Shown here in pieces: positions 1 through 8,936 of a stretch of DNA of 64,000 bases. How positions within the stretch are numbered: the first letter of the stretch is position 1; every line of letters starts with the position of its first letter. A model generated the notes under the pieces. It saw only the letters and a program-made list of their open reading frames with translations. It did not search any database and was not told where the DNA came from. Source of the DNA: a virus; the IMG/VR virus record IMGVR_UViG_3300020198_000009, positions 1 to 64,000 of that record; one strand, 5' to 3'. A program made the translations under genes and the position numbers.

Positions 1-125
1 GTTGTCCGTGATCCGGCAGTACATCGAGCAACAGGAGGCACCCGAATGAGCCGCTCACGCAGCTATCGCGCTTCACCTCCCGCCAACCGTCCCGGTATGG
101 CGGGCGCACTGCGCGATTCTTTGGT
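1..125 (+). mobile_element. End of an IS200/IS605-family element with subterminal hairpin
   Basis: tnpA 3' end followed by nested inverted repeats atcgcgc..cccgcc..ggcggg..gcgcgat (about 65-117), typical of IS200/605 ends. Exact end not determined. Confidence 0.6.
2..49 (+). CDS. tnpA: IS200/IS605-family Y1 transposase, C-terminal fragment (cut by window edge)
   Basis: Translates LSVIRQYIEQQEAPE*, matching the conserved TnpA C-terminal helix carrying the catalytic Tyr (..IRQYIEQQ). Confidence 0.75.
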   Translation: MSVIRQYIEQQEAPE

Positions 126-158
126 AGGGGGGGCCCGATCGCACCGGGCCCCATGGAA

Positions 159-1658
159 TCAGTCGTCGTCTCCGTAGTCGTTGCTGGCCCTCTTGCGGCC
201 ACCCCATTCCTTGGTAAGCTTGGCCAGGAGCTTGAGGTGCTCGATGGGGAAAGCGTGATCGACGCCGAACATGCGATCGACGTCTTCCAGGAAGGCCCGG
301 TGGAATTCCTCGGAATGCCGCTCGCCGGCCCGGTGCGCCCGCTCGTGAAGCACCGTGGTGAGGGCCTTCGAGAACGGTCCTGCGAAGAGCTCCTCGTTGA
401 GGGCGACCTCGTTCTCCTCGTAAACGCCCAGGAGCTTGATGTCCGCCTCGTTGTGCGCCTTGAAGACCTTGATCCGGGGCATCGGGATGCCGGCCGACTG
501 GAAGGCCTGGGTCAGGAGCATTATTTTGCGGGCATGACGTGAGCCGTCGGTGATCTTGATGGCGCTCGACCGGGTGATGGCGTCACGCTTGGCCTCCAGG
601 GACTCGACCCCCTCGTCCCTGAGGATGTCGATGAGCATGGGATCGGTGACCTGCTGGACGCCGAAGCGCCCCAACTTGTCGTACTCCCACTGGTTGCCGG
701 GCTCGTGCTCGCTGTAGCTGAAGCGCTTGAGGTTGAAGCTGTTCACTTCGCGCCAGATCTCGTGCCAGTTGTCGAGCCGCTTGAAGGCGGCGATTTCCGG
801 ATTGCCGGCGTAGTGCTGGATCATGTCGCCGCCGCGCTTCTCGATGAGGGTGGTGAACACCGACTTGGGGCAGAACGGCGAGGCGTAGCACTTGTGGATG
901 GCCGTGACCAGGGCCTCGAAGGACAACGTCTTGCGGTCGCGATCGTTGTCCTCGGGAAGCTTGTCGTCAATGCGGTAGATGAAACTAAGCCGGTAGTCCT
1001 CGCCGCGGTCGATGCCGGCCAGGAAGACCCGGCCGTAGGGCTGCCCTTCCGGTCGGGCATAGATCCCCGCGCCGATCGGTTGGGCCAGGAAGGGATTCCG
1101 GGATCCCGCGAAGAACGTGTCGACCGAGATGTCGTAGAATTCGCCGATGCGATCGATCGACCCGACCAATTCGACCTCCGAGAAGGTCGGGCCGTCGTAG
1201 CGATCCTCCTTGCTGATCTCGAAATGCAGGATCTTGGTGGGATGGTCGTCGATGTCGCGCTCGACCCAGACGGCCCTGGCCTCCCACTGACCGTCATATC
1301 GACCGGACCGATAGGTCACGTCGATGCCGAAATCCCGCAGCAGGAGCAGGGCGCAGATCTTGAGGCCTTCGCCCTTGTCGCCAATCTGTCCCTGGACACC
1401 CGCCTTGTCGGTAGCACCCAGGATGAGCACGTAGTCCAGGTTGAAGGCCGAGGGCCCGCGAACCACCAGGCGCTTGCGCCCGTCCGGGAGGTATTCGCTC
1501 CGCACGACGATTTGCGCCAGGGGATCGGCGATCCCTAGCTTGGTCATACCATCGAAGAAATTCTGGTAGAGGTCGCGCTTGACCCAGGTCAAGCTGTTCT
1601 TGACCCCGTAGGTCTCGGCGATGTTGGCGCTTTCGCGCAAGGTGGTCACACCCGACAT
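159..1658 (-). CDS. GHKL (HATPase-like) ATPase fused to C-terminal HEXXH zincin metallopeptidase domain
   Basis: N-terminal LGATDK...IGDKGEGLK (GHKL lid motifs). C-terminal VLHERAH..HSEEF (SprT/WLM-like). RBS GGAGG before ATG 1658. Confidence 0.65.
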   Translation of the reverse strand: MSGVTTLRESANIAETYGVKNSLTWVKRDLYQNFFDGMTKLGIADPLAQIVVRSEYLPDGRKRLVVRGPSAFNLDYVLILGATDKAGVQGQIGDKGEGLKICALLLLRDFGIDVTYRSGRYDGQWEARAVWVERDIDDHPTKILHFEISKEDRYDGPTFSEVELVGSIDRIGEFYDISVDTFFAGSRNPFLAQPIGAGIYARPEGQPYGRVFLAGIDRGEDYRLSFIYRIDDKLPEDNDRDRKTLSFEALVTAIHKCYASPFCPKSVFTTLIEKRGGDMIQHYAGNPEIAAFKRLDNWHEIWREVNSFNLKRFSYSEHEPGNQWEYDKLGRFGVQQVTDPMLIDILRDEGVESLEAKRDAITRSSAIKITDGSRHARKIMLLTQAFQSAGIPMPRIKVFKAHNEADIKLLGVYEENEVALNEELFAGPFSKALTTVLHERAHRAGERHSEEFHRAFLEDVDRMFGVDHAFPIEHLKLLAKLTKEWGGRKRASNDYGDDD

Positions 1659-1669
1659 GATTCCTCCCA

Positions 1670-1703
1670 AACAAAAAGGACCACGATCCGGCTTGATCGG
1701 GTC
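1670..1703 (-). terminator. Intrinsic terminator/attenuator upstream of the GHKL-zincin gene
   Basis: Minus strand ggacccgatc-aagccg-gatcgtggtcc hairpin followed by TTTTTGTTT. Confidence 0.55.
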
Positions 1704-1720
1704 CGGAACTGGGGTTGTCC

Positions 1721-1879
1721 TTATCGAGCCTTGGTCAGGTTACCGGCAGCCCACATGCACTTGAGGGCCAACGGCGAAAGAGGCGGCACGGCTGCGAGAT
1801 CGCGACCCTTGGGTGGTTGCACGATCACGACCTCGTGCATGACCCGCGCCTGTTCGATCTTGATCTCTTTGTCGCTCAT
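1721..1879 (-). CDS. Small hypothetical protein
   Basis: MSDKEIKIEQ...; RBS AGGAGG; ATGA overlap with upstream gene. Confidence 0.55.
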   Translation of the reverse strand: MSDKEIKIEQARVMHEVVIVQPPKGRDLAAVPPLSPLALKCMWAAGNLTKAR

Positions 1880-2190
1880 GCCAGCACCTCCTGCTGGAAT
1901 CCGGCCTGCTTGAGGATGTCCCAGACAAACCCGGGCACCGGATCGCTCTTTCCGAACTGGGCGATCAGCCCCTCGGGGGTATCGGCCACCATGACCGACG
2001 TGTGATCGATGGCGTGTTCGATCCGTGTCCTCTCGTGGATCTCCAGAACCAGCCGACCGTAGTCGGTCTCGTACAGTGTGGCCTCTATCCACTTGGGATT
2101 ATCGGGGGTCCGGGTATCGAGGCTGGCCAGCTGGCGACCCCGGAAGGTCATGGGCCATTTGGCGCTGGGGCGGACGGTATACTTGGGCAA
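1876..2190 (-). CDS. Hypothetical phage protein
   Basis: TTG start after AAGGAG; protein-like sequence (..TFRGRQLAS..W.E..LYET..G..). Confidence 0.6.
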   Translation of the reverse strand: MPKYTVRPSAKWPMTFRGRQLASLDTRTPDNPKWIEATLYETDYGRLVLEIHERTRIEHAIDHTSVMVADTPEGLIAQFGKSDPVPGFVWDILKQAGFQQEVLA

Positions 2191-2204
2191 GGCGAGGACT
2201 CCTT

Positions 2205-2321
2205 TCAAGTGCGCTGCATTTCGCCCGGCGGCCTGACCGGCACGGGCCTGGCGCCGCAATGGGGGCAGGCCGTCGCCAGCACGTCGTAACGGCGCCGGCA
2301 ATTTGGACAAGGCTTCTTCAT
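2205..2321 (-). CDS. Small zinc-ribbon protein
   Basis: MKKPCPNC...CPHCG; coupled to the dam stop (ATGA). Confidence 0.55.
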   Translation of the reverse strand: MKKPCPNCRRRYDVLATACPHCGARPVPVRPPGEMQRT

Positions 2322-3205
2322 GTGTGGTAATTCCTGATCGCCAGCTCCCGGCGCACGCCGCGCTTGTCCTTGCTGGCGGCAATCGGCTGGCGCGCGGTTA
2401 CTTCGGTTAGATTCCAGATCGGCTCCTGGTAGAGTTCGCGCACCAGCGGCACATCGCTGTTGCTCAAGAAGATCCTGGCTCCCTGCCCGTGCCAATCCGT
2501 GAGCACCCTGGCGAGCGCGATGTGCTCGGCGTAGCCGAAGGCGTCCTGCTGGTAGCGGGTGAAGCTGGTCTCGTTGGCCGGCGCGTAGGGGGGATCGACC
2601 ACGATCAGGTAGTCCGGGAACTCCAGGGCGCCCATGACCGGATCGTCGTGACGCATCGTCCGCAACTCGACACCCTGGAGGGCCGCCGAGCAGGCGCGCA
2701 GGTTGTCGACATCGAACAGCCCGGCCCCGGGGTAGATAGCGCCATGCGAATTGCGACCGATCGGGACGTTGTGCCGCCCCCGGAAGTTGACCCGCCAGAG
2801 CCCGTTGTAACCAGCCCGGCACAGATACAGGAAGCGGGCGGCCCGCTCGATATCGGTCATCTCCCCGGGATCGAGGGCGCGGATTTCATAGTAGTACGGC
2901 TCCGAGTGCAGCCCTGCGATGCACTCCAGCTTGCCAAGCAACGCGCCGGGCCGATCGCGCAGCGCCCGGTAGGTACACATGAGATCGGTGTTGACATCCG
3001 AAATGATGGGGTGGCCGGTGATGCGCGGCCGCAGGCACCAGAAGACCGCAGCCCCTCCCGCCATGGGTTCCCAGTAATGTGTTATCTCCCGAGGAAGCAA
3101 CGGCTCGTACTGCCCCAGCAGTTGCCGCTTGCCGCCGGCCCACTTGACGAACGGGTGCGCCAGGGGGGCGACTTGCCCCACTTCCGGGGCGGGTTGGCAA
3201 GTCAT
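2318..3205 (-). CDS. dam: DNA adenine methyltransferase, Dam (D12) family
   Basis: PFVKWAGGKRQL, EPMAGGAAVF, SDVN, AARFLYL..GYNGLWRVN..G..NVP.G, DPPY, FTRY, LSNSD. Confidence 0.9.
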   Translation of the reverse strand: MTCQPAPEVGQVAPLAHPFVKWAGGKRQLLGQYEPLLPREITHYWEPMAGGAAVFWCLRPRITGHPIISDVNTDLMCTYRALRDRPGALLGKLECIAGLHSEPYYYEIRALDPGEMTDIERAARFLYLCRAGYNGLWRVNFRGRHNVPIGRNSHGAIYPGAGLFDVDNLRACSAALQGVELRTMRHDDPVMGALEFPDYLIVVDPPYAPANETSFTRYQQDAFGYAEHIALARVLTDWHGQGARIFLSNSDVPLVRELYQEPIWNLTEVTARQPIAASKDKRGVRRELAIRNYHT

Positions 3206-4044
3206 GGCTGGCCGATTCTCGCCGCGCGGCGTGCCAGGAAGTCGGCCGGCTCGGGGATCGACGGAGTCTGCATCCCGAAACCGCGCATCTGCTGATACAC
3301 GGCTTCGAGAGCCGCCTTGGCATGGCGCGGATCCCGGATCTGGTTGCGCGGGCGACCGCCGGCCGCCGCCTTGGCGATCTTGTTGATCTGATGGAACTCG
3401 ACCGTGCGCTTCTGCTTCCAGGTGACCAATCTCCCGGGATCGTTGGGGCGCGGTCCTACCAGACGATCGACCAGCTCGGAAACCGCGTGCGAAGTCCGGA
3501 AGTTGAGAGCCTGGGTGAGGGTCTCGCGCTCCTCCCAGGCAACCATGCCCTCGTTGACCTTGGTCTCGACGGTCTGTTCGAGGTTGTCGGTGACCGCCTC
3601 GGCCTTCTGCTCGACCAACGCCACCCGCTCCTCGATGGCCGACTGCCGGGCCTCGATAGCGGGCACGTACCGGCCGATCAGGATGGCCAGCTTGTCCACT
3701 TCGGTCATCGGCCGAACCGAATAGGAGCCGGTCTTCCGGATGCTCGGCATGACCTCGCCGGCCACCTTCTTCTGGTAAGACAGGGCGCCCGGCTTGTCGC
3801 TCCTACCCAGGAAGAAGTACAAGCCCTGCTCGGAAAGCGTCAACATCTCCTGGTCTCCCGAGGGGGTCTGAACGGAATAGACCCCCCGCCACTCCTCTGG
3901 TACATGGCCGATCGTGGCGACGCCCTTCCAGGCATAGCCCAGGGCCTCGGCGACGTCTTTGGCGACGAACCAGTACTCGTCATCGATCATGAGGATACGG
4001 TTCTCGCGACCCTCGAATTCGAACGGGACGATGGCATTGCTCAT
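3202..4044 (-). CDS. Bro-N domain protein (phage antirepressor-like)
   Basis: FEFEGRENRIL...WFVAKDVAEALGY...TPSGDQEM..LSEQGLY....RSDKP.A......EVMPSIRKTGSY. Start at 4044 after AGGAG. Confidence 0.88.
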   Translation of the reverse strand: MSNAIVPFEFEGRENRILMIDDEYWFVAKDVAEALGYAWKGVATIGHVPEEWRGVYSVQTPSGDQEMLTLSEQGLYFFLGRSDKPGALSYQKKVAGEVMPSIRKTGSYSVRPMTEVDKLAILIGRYVPAIEARQSAIEERVALVEQKAEAVTDNLEQTVETKVNEGMVAWEERETLTQALNFRTSHAVSELVDRLVGPRPNDPGRLVTWKQKRTVEFHQINKIAKAAAGGRPRNQIRDPRHAKAALEAVYQQMRGFGMQTPSIPEPADFLARRAARIGQP

Positions 4045-4214
4045 GTTGCGACTTCTCCTTGTATGGCAACTTCCTCGATCTGGATCTCGCCACGCACGAC
4101 TACCCGCTTGTCGCCAGACAGCGTGATGACCAGGTTGTGGATCGCGCCCGGGTGGCCGTCGTAGCTGGCCTGGACGATCTTTCGGCCGACCAGCGACCCG
4201 AACGGCGCAATCAT
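4041..4214 (-). CDS. Small hypothetical protein (57 aa, not in ORF track)
   Basis: MIAPFGSLVGRKIVQASYDG...; ATGA overlaps with both neighbours. Confidence 0.55.
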   Translation of the reverse strand: MIAPFGSLVGRKIVQASYDGHPGAIHNLVITLSGDKRVVVRGEIQIEEVAIQGEVAT

Positions 4215-4390
4215 GCGGACTTCGCATCGGCCTGGAGATCGGCCAACTGGTCCTCGATGGCGTTGATCGCCGCAAAGTCGAGGACGTTATGGGCATGGCG
4301 CAGGGCGCGCTTGAGTCCGGCGGCGGCCATGAAGTAGCCGTGCCTCCAGGCATGGAAGCACGCGCGGTCCTGGACGATGTCGTCGGCCAT
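4211..4390 (-). CDS. Small hypothetical protein (59 aa, not in ORF track)
   Basis: MADDIVQDRACFHAWRHGYF...; RBS GAGGAG; AT-rich promoter-like region upstream (about 4420-4475). Confidence 0.55.
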   Translation of the reverse strand: MADDIVQDRACFHAWRHGYFMAAAGLKRALRHAHNVLDFAAINAIEDQLADLQADAKSA

Positions 4391-4559
4391 GGATGACTCC
4401 TCGTTATGTTCGCTTGGCTGATACTACCATTCTCGGCGAGACCTAAAGGTAATACCAATGAAAAACTTTACAATCCCGCCATGCCGGGCACCGCTTGTCG
4501 GTAGGACCAACCTGGTCCCAGACGAGAAGCGATGCCCTGCACGGCAGGACTCTTTGACG

Positions 4560-5048
4560 CTAAGCGAGCAGCAGCGACTCGAACCAGCGCAGCAGCCGGC
4601 GCTTGTCCGGTTGGGGCTGACAGAGCGGCTCGACCAGGACCGTGTAGGCCCCGATCAACTTGCCGCCCAGGATGTCGGCCGTGAGGCGGTCGCCGATGAC
4701 GGCCACCTCATTGGCCCCTAACGAGATCATCCCGAGCGCCTTGCGAAACCCCCACGGCCCTGGCTTGTAGGCCAGGTGGACGTAAGGGCACCCCAGGCGC
4801 TCGGCCAAGCGCCGGGCCCGCCCCTCATTCCTGGTGTTGCTGACGATCGCCAACCGCAAGGTGTTGCTGGCGATCGTCAACCAGGCCGCGATGCGCGGCG
4901 ATACAACGTCGTCGCGACCATTTCCCCCGGGGTCCGGCAGGATGGTGTCATCGATGTCGATGAGCACCCCCTTTACGCGAGTCGCCAGATCTCCGACGTC
5001 GATGTCGGCGACCGAGGCGGCCCGCATGTCGGGCCTGATTATTGACAT
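4560..5048 (-). CDS. YqeG-like HAD-IIIA phosphatase
   Basis: DIDDTI (motif I), IVSN (II), KP (III), VIGDRLTADILGG (IV). Confidence 0.88.
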   Translation of the reverse strand: MSIIRPDMRAASVADIDVGDLATRVKGVLIDIDDTILPDPGGNGRDDVVSPRIAAWLTIASNTLRLAIVSNTRNEGRARRLAERLGCPYVHLAYKPGPWGFRKALGMISLGANEVAVIGDRLTADILGGKLIGAYTVLVEPLCQPQPDKRRLLRWFESLLLA

Positions 5049-5057
5049 ACCCCTGCC

Positions 5058-5255
5058 TCACTTGATGGGGATCTGCGCCCCCAGGGCGGCCCCCAGGGCG
5101 AAGAGATCCCCCTTGAGGGGGACCTCCACGTAACCCTCCGAGCGCCCCACCCGGACCGGGACAGCCAGATCCCGGCCCGAGCTCGGATGGGTGCCGACCA
5201 AGGTCAGCGACCCATCCGCATGGATGCGCAGCGCATTGGCACCCTTAGAGGCCAT
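5058..5255 (-). CDS. Hypothetical protein
   Basis: RBS GGAGG; part of a tightly packed minus-strand operon. Confidence 0.55.
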   Translation of the reverse strand: MASKGANALRIHADGSLTLVGTHPSSGRDLAVPVRVGRSEGYVEVPLKGDLFALGAALGAQIPIK

Positions 5256-5520
5256 GGCGACCTCCCAGGAGCGCCACCAGGCGCTCGCGCATCCGCCCGA
5301 ACCCTACCGGATCCGGATCGTAGGGGCGGTAAGGGGGGTATGGTAAGCCGCCTGCCGGCCGGGCGCAGATCGCCACCTCCGCGCCAAAGGCCAGGCCCTC
5401 GCCATACACCCATGTCCGAGCCAGTTCCTTGCAAACCAGATCAGGGTCGGCCGCCTCGACGATCCCGGCGAGGATCGGCGTGGGCTGGGCGCTGGAGATG
5501 ATCTCATACTCTACGCGCAT
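5245..5520 (-). CDS. Hypothetical protein
   Basis: MRVEYEIISSAQ...; RBS AGGAGGAG. Confidence 0.55.
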   Translation of the reverse strand: MRVEYEIISSAQPTPILAGIVEAADPDLVCKELARTWVYGEGLAFGAEVAICARPAGGLPYPPYRPYDPDPVGFGRMRERLVALLGGRHGL

Positions 5521-6488
5521 GGGATCTCCTCCTGCCAGGCCAGGCCCCGGTCGAGGAACCGGGAATCCGGCCGCAGTCCCAGCAGCTGCATCACCTCGCA
5601 GTGAAGCAGCTTGATGCCGGGGTGCGCCGCCCGCAGCGCCGGGTGGCCGACCAGCAAGCGAACCCGGTACTCGATCAACCGGGCCGCCCGGGCATCCCCC
5701 GGCCCGGGATCCTCGACGTCCAGCAACAACCCAGCCAGGTCGTCGACGGCGTCGAGGACGGCCATGCCGGTTCCCTGCCGCTCCAGGGTGCCGAGGACCC
5801 GGCCCAGGGCCGAGAGGTCGACATGACCCGCGAGGGCCGAGTCGGCCGGGTTGCCATGGGCCTCGTCCCAGGTCCCGCCCTTGCGGACGTGGGCGTGGCT
5901 GACCGCCACCCCGAAGGCCGAGGCCGCCCTGGAGACCATGGAATGGCACTGCGGCGACCGCCAGGTCTCCGGGTGCTCCCCCAGCAGGGCCACCCGGTTG
6001 CGGAGCCATATGAGCATCTTGCGATGCTCATCCGACCCCCCGAGCAGGGCCGTAATCCGATCGGCGTTGGCCAGCACGACGGCCAGCCAGGCCGCAATCA
6101 GGCCGCCATCCCAGGCCTCGATGGCCGGCAGTCGCCGGTTGGCCGGCCGGTAGCTGCGGTCGCAATGCGCCCGAGCTGCCACCACCCGATCGGCGTTGAC
6201 GCCGACCAGGTATAACCAGGCGGCGACCTGGTCGATGTCCCAGGTCTCGACCTGGGAGTCGCCCAGAAAGGCCGACAGGTCGGCCATTCTGGGGTTGATG
6301 ATGACCCCCGGGGCGGTAATCTGTGCCTGGACAATCGGCACGCCGCCGATGATGGCGGCCTGCGACCGGCAGGCGCCGATCGGGAGCACCCGGCCGGCCC
6401 GGGCCGTGGTGTCCATGAGCGTCTGCCCGAGCCGGGCGAGACGCTCGACCTGGTCGGTCGTGGGCTTGGTCCTGACAACTGTGGCCAT
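5511..6488 (-). CDS. Hypothetical protein
   Basis: MATVVRTKPTTDQ...; RBS AAAGGAGG. Confidence 0.6.
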   Translation of the reverse strand: MATVVRTKPTTDQVERLARLGQTLMDTTARAGRVLPIGACRSQAAIIGGVPIVQAQITAPGVIINPRMADLSAFLGDSQVETWDIDQVAAWLYLVGVNADRVVAARAHCDRSYRPANRRLPAIEAWDGGLIAAWLAVVLANADRITALLGGSDEHRKMLIWLRNRVALLGEHPETWRSPQCHSMVSRAASAFGVAVSHAHVRKGGTWDEAHGNPADSALAGHVDLSALGRVLGTLERQGTGMAVLDAVDDLAGLLLDVEDPGPGDARAARLIEYRVRLLVGHPALRAAHPGIKLLHCEVMQLLGLRPDSRFLDRGLAWQEEIPCA

Positions 6489-6523
6489 GGGGGACTGCCT
6501 CCTTTCAAGAGACGCGACGGGGT

Positions 6524-6961
6524 CTACGGGAACTGGCACTGGCGTTCGAGATCCGCCAGTGTGGTCTTGAGCAGCGCGACCCCCTGCGTCAGCTCAAGCA
6601 CGAAGAATGCCGCCGTGAAGGTCAACCGGGGGCGATCGCCCACGATCTCGGCCAGGATCGCGGGCTCCTGGCGGTCCATGGCGACATGGATACCGCCAGA
6701 GCCCTGAATGATTCGCCACCAGAACAGCTCCCGCACCGAGAGTCGATGCACAACCCCCAGTAGCTGGATCTCGGGGGCGCGGACGCCGTCGGGAACGGCG
6801 TCCATTACCGAGGGTGGCCCCTTGTGGCCGGAATAACCACGGGGCTTGGTGGCAACCCGTGCCTTGGCGGCCGGTGCGGCCGCCCCCGGCTGCTGGCGGC
6901 CGAGCAGATGCACGCCGACGCCCGCCGCCAGGGCACCGACGACTACAATCAGGGGAAGCAT
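6524..6961 (-). CDS. Hypothetical protein with N-terminal membrane anchor
   Basis: MLPLIVVVGALAAGVGVHLL hydrophobic N-terminus; TGATG coupling to upstream gene. Confidence 0.6.
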   Translation of the reverse strand: MLPLIVVVGALAAGVGVHLLGRQQPGAAAPAAKARVATKPRGYSGHKGPPSVMDAVPDGVRAPEIQLLGVVHRLSVRELFWWRIIQGSGGIHVAMDRQEPAILAEIVGDRPRLTFTAAFFVLELTQGVALLKTTLADLERQCQFP

Positions 6962-7233
6962 CAGTCGATCCGGTTCAGCAATTGCCAGACCGACATACCG
7001 GTCCCGAGCCGGCCGCCTACCCCCCGAATGGGCGACAGGAATATCGCCGCGACCGAGAGCGCCACCCTGATGGCATTCTTCTGGTCGGGAGACAAACTCC
7101 TAAACGCCTTGGTGACGGTCATACCGGCCGCCACCAGATTTTCCAGGGCGTCGACTGCGCCCTTCACTACGGGTTCCCAGTCCGTTCGCCGCACGCGGCT
7201 GACGAATGAGACCAGGTTGCTCCTCATGCTCAT
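6961..7233 (-). CDS. Hypothetical protein (possible membrane association)
   Basis: MSMRSNLVSF...; RBS AGGAGG. Confidence 0.55.
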   Translation of the reverse strand: MSMRSNLVSFVSRVRRTDWEPVVKGAVDALENLVAAGMTVTKAFRSLSPDQKNAIRVALSVAAIFLSPIRGVGGRLGTGMSVWQLLNRID

Positions 7234-7269
7234 GGGCAATCCTCCTGTGGGGTGTCTTGATGGAGAGAC

Positions 7270-7800
7270 GTGGAAAACCGCCCGCTGATCGGGAGGGGCT
7301 GGCCCCGGGCACCTAAAATCGAACCAGCACATCCGCCACGGATAACCCGCGCCGGCACGAGGCACCAGACGAGACCCGAAGGTCGTCAGGTGCCCCGCAC
7401 CGGCGCGGGACCCGAGAAGGAGGTGCCGGTCCTTGTGATTGCTGGGAAGTTACCAGCCCGGACGCCCTTGGCTGCCGTGAACGGGATGGGTTGCCAATCC
7501 CATCCCGCAGCACGCCTCCGGCGTCCGGTGACTGTCATTGCGGCGGGGTTCAAGCGCTCCAGGCTGTGGGCCCACCTGGAGACGGGCGGTCGTCATCCGC
7601 TCTCGCTAACCCCTTCGGCGGGTCGGGGCCCGCTATGCAATTCTGGGCGAACCGTCGCCCAGGAGGGGCGCCCCGTTCTTGCCACGGGGCCACAGCGCGC
7701 CCGCCAGTCGGGAACCGGCTGGGTGCGCGTCGTGAGACGCCACGAATCTCTCGCCATAACCGCAGGTTTGGCGGGAGAGGTTCAACGGCCGCCGGGATCA
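7270..7800. ncRNA. Candidate large structured non-coding element (about 530 nt, more than 10 hairpins)
   Basis: No credible CDS. Stems include cccgcgccgg/ccggcgcggg, ccggacgcc/ggcgtccgg, cgggatggg/cccatcccg, ctgggcga/tcgcccag, gccccgt/acggggc, tctctcgcca/tggcgggaga. Confidence 0.5.
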
Positions 7801-7801
7801 C

Positions 7802-8107
7802 CTAGCTCCGGATGAGGCAGCGGCAGCCGATGACGGCGCCCGCCTCGTCCCGGACCAGCTCTCCGGGAGCCAGGAGATCACCCCGGCCGCCCGCCGCCGC
7901 GGCGACGAGGGCGGAAACGACGAAGAACGTGTCGGCCTGCGGCTCCGGCAGGTCGACCACGGCGCCGAATTCCCGGCGCTGGCAGGGGATGCCGCCGACC
8001 GACCCGGCGTCGGTCAGCTCGGCGGCGACCCGCGCCACCCGCCCGGAGGGCGGAATGGGCGGGAAGCCAACGACCTGGATCTGGTGAGGGGTTAAATTTA
8101 CGATCAC
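7802..8107 (-). CDS. Conserved phage hypothetical protein (NLTPH family)
   Basis: IVNLTPHQI...PPSG.VARV...LPEP......VVS.LVA.....R.DL..P..LVRD..G..IGC; GTG after GGAGGAGG. Confidence 0.75.
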   Translation of the reverse strand: MIVNLTPHQIQVVGFPPIPPSGRVARVAAELTDAGSVGGIPCQRREFGAVVDLPEPQADTFFVVSALVAAAAGGRGDLLAPGELVRDEAGAVIGCRCLIRS

Positions 8108-8402
8108 TGGGACACCTCCTCCCGCCTGATGCGGGGCAGATTGAGGGGATCCGCGGCCGGTATGTTTAACGTCCCCCGGCCGGGACGGGGCGCATACCCT
8201 CACGAGGTGGCGAGCCTCGCTACGCTTTGCGCTGAATGACCTCCGGCATCACCACGCCGGCCGCCGGGATCACGCCACGTACTGGAGCCTCTTGCGAGAC
8301 CTTTCCTGGCGTGCACCCCGGCGGAATAAGCGCTGGATATTCTCCCACCCTCCAGCGTGGCGGCCACCGCGCCCCCGGTGGCCAGGTGGGGGGGGTAGCT
8401 AG

Positions 8403-8705
8403 CTAGAGAATCGTACCCCCCTGGCAGAACCCGGAGCCGAAGCGCCGGGCTGCCTTGGCGTACCGCCCCTTGCGCCAGGGGCGGTGGGCGGCGGCCTGGC
8501 CCATCCTGACCCGGCCGACCAATTCGGCCAGGGTCAGGACGACCCCGGCCATCTCGACGGCGACCCCGGCCCCGCCCCGCAGGGCGGAGAACGCGGCCTT
8601 CGCCATGTCCTGGGCCTTGGCCCAAGACATGCCGGCTTCGGCGGGGTCGGCGGCTTCGGCGGCTTCGGCGGCGGCGGGGTCGGCGTTGGTGTTGGGATCC
8701 TGCAT
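8403..8705 (-). CDS. Hypothetical Ala-rich protein
   Basis: MQDPNTNADPAAAEAAEAADPAEAG...; RBS GGAGG. Confidence 0.55.
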   Translation of the reverse strand: MQDPNTNADPAAAEAAEAADPAEAGMSWAKAQDMAKAAFSALRGGAGVAVEMAGVVLTLAELVGRVRMGQAAAHRPWRKGRYAKAARRFGSGFCQGGTIL

Positions 8706-8909
8706 GTAGCACCTCCGTGGGCCGCCCCCTGTAAGGGCGGCAGACTTGACCGGGCCCCCAGCGCGTCCCATCCACGGCCCCCGAGGGGACCATGGCTAGA
8801 GGACCGACCCTTACGGCTCAGGCTGCAACCATTCCTGGTCTGTGCCGAGCCTCGGGGGCCGTTTGCCCTGGGGCGGGGAAACTTGCGAGAACCCAAAGGG
8901 GTTCTCAAA

Positions 8910-8925
8910 GATATTTAACAGAAAA
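8910..8925 (-). promoter_or_regulatory. Candidate early promoter motif TTTTCnGnTAAATATC (copy 2)
   Basis: 14/16 identical to 12226-12241; AT-rich, intergenic, oriented into the minus-strand genes. Confidence 0.4.
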
Positions 8926-8936
8926 CGCCGCTACCT

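Noticed and set aside
8760-8935. c-di-GMP-I riboswitch-like (GGGCAAAC...GGGACGC) and RNase P 3'-like (AACAGAAAACGCCGCT) fragments
   Set aside because: Partner motifs (GCAAAGC with P3; GAGGAAAGTCC) are missing or wrongly spaced.
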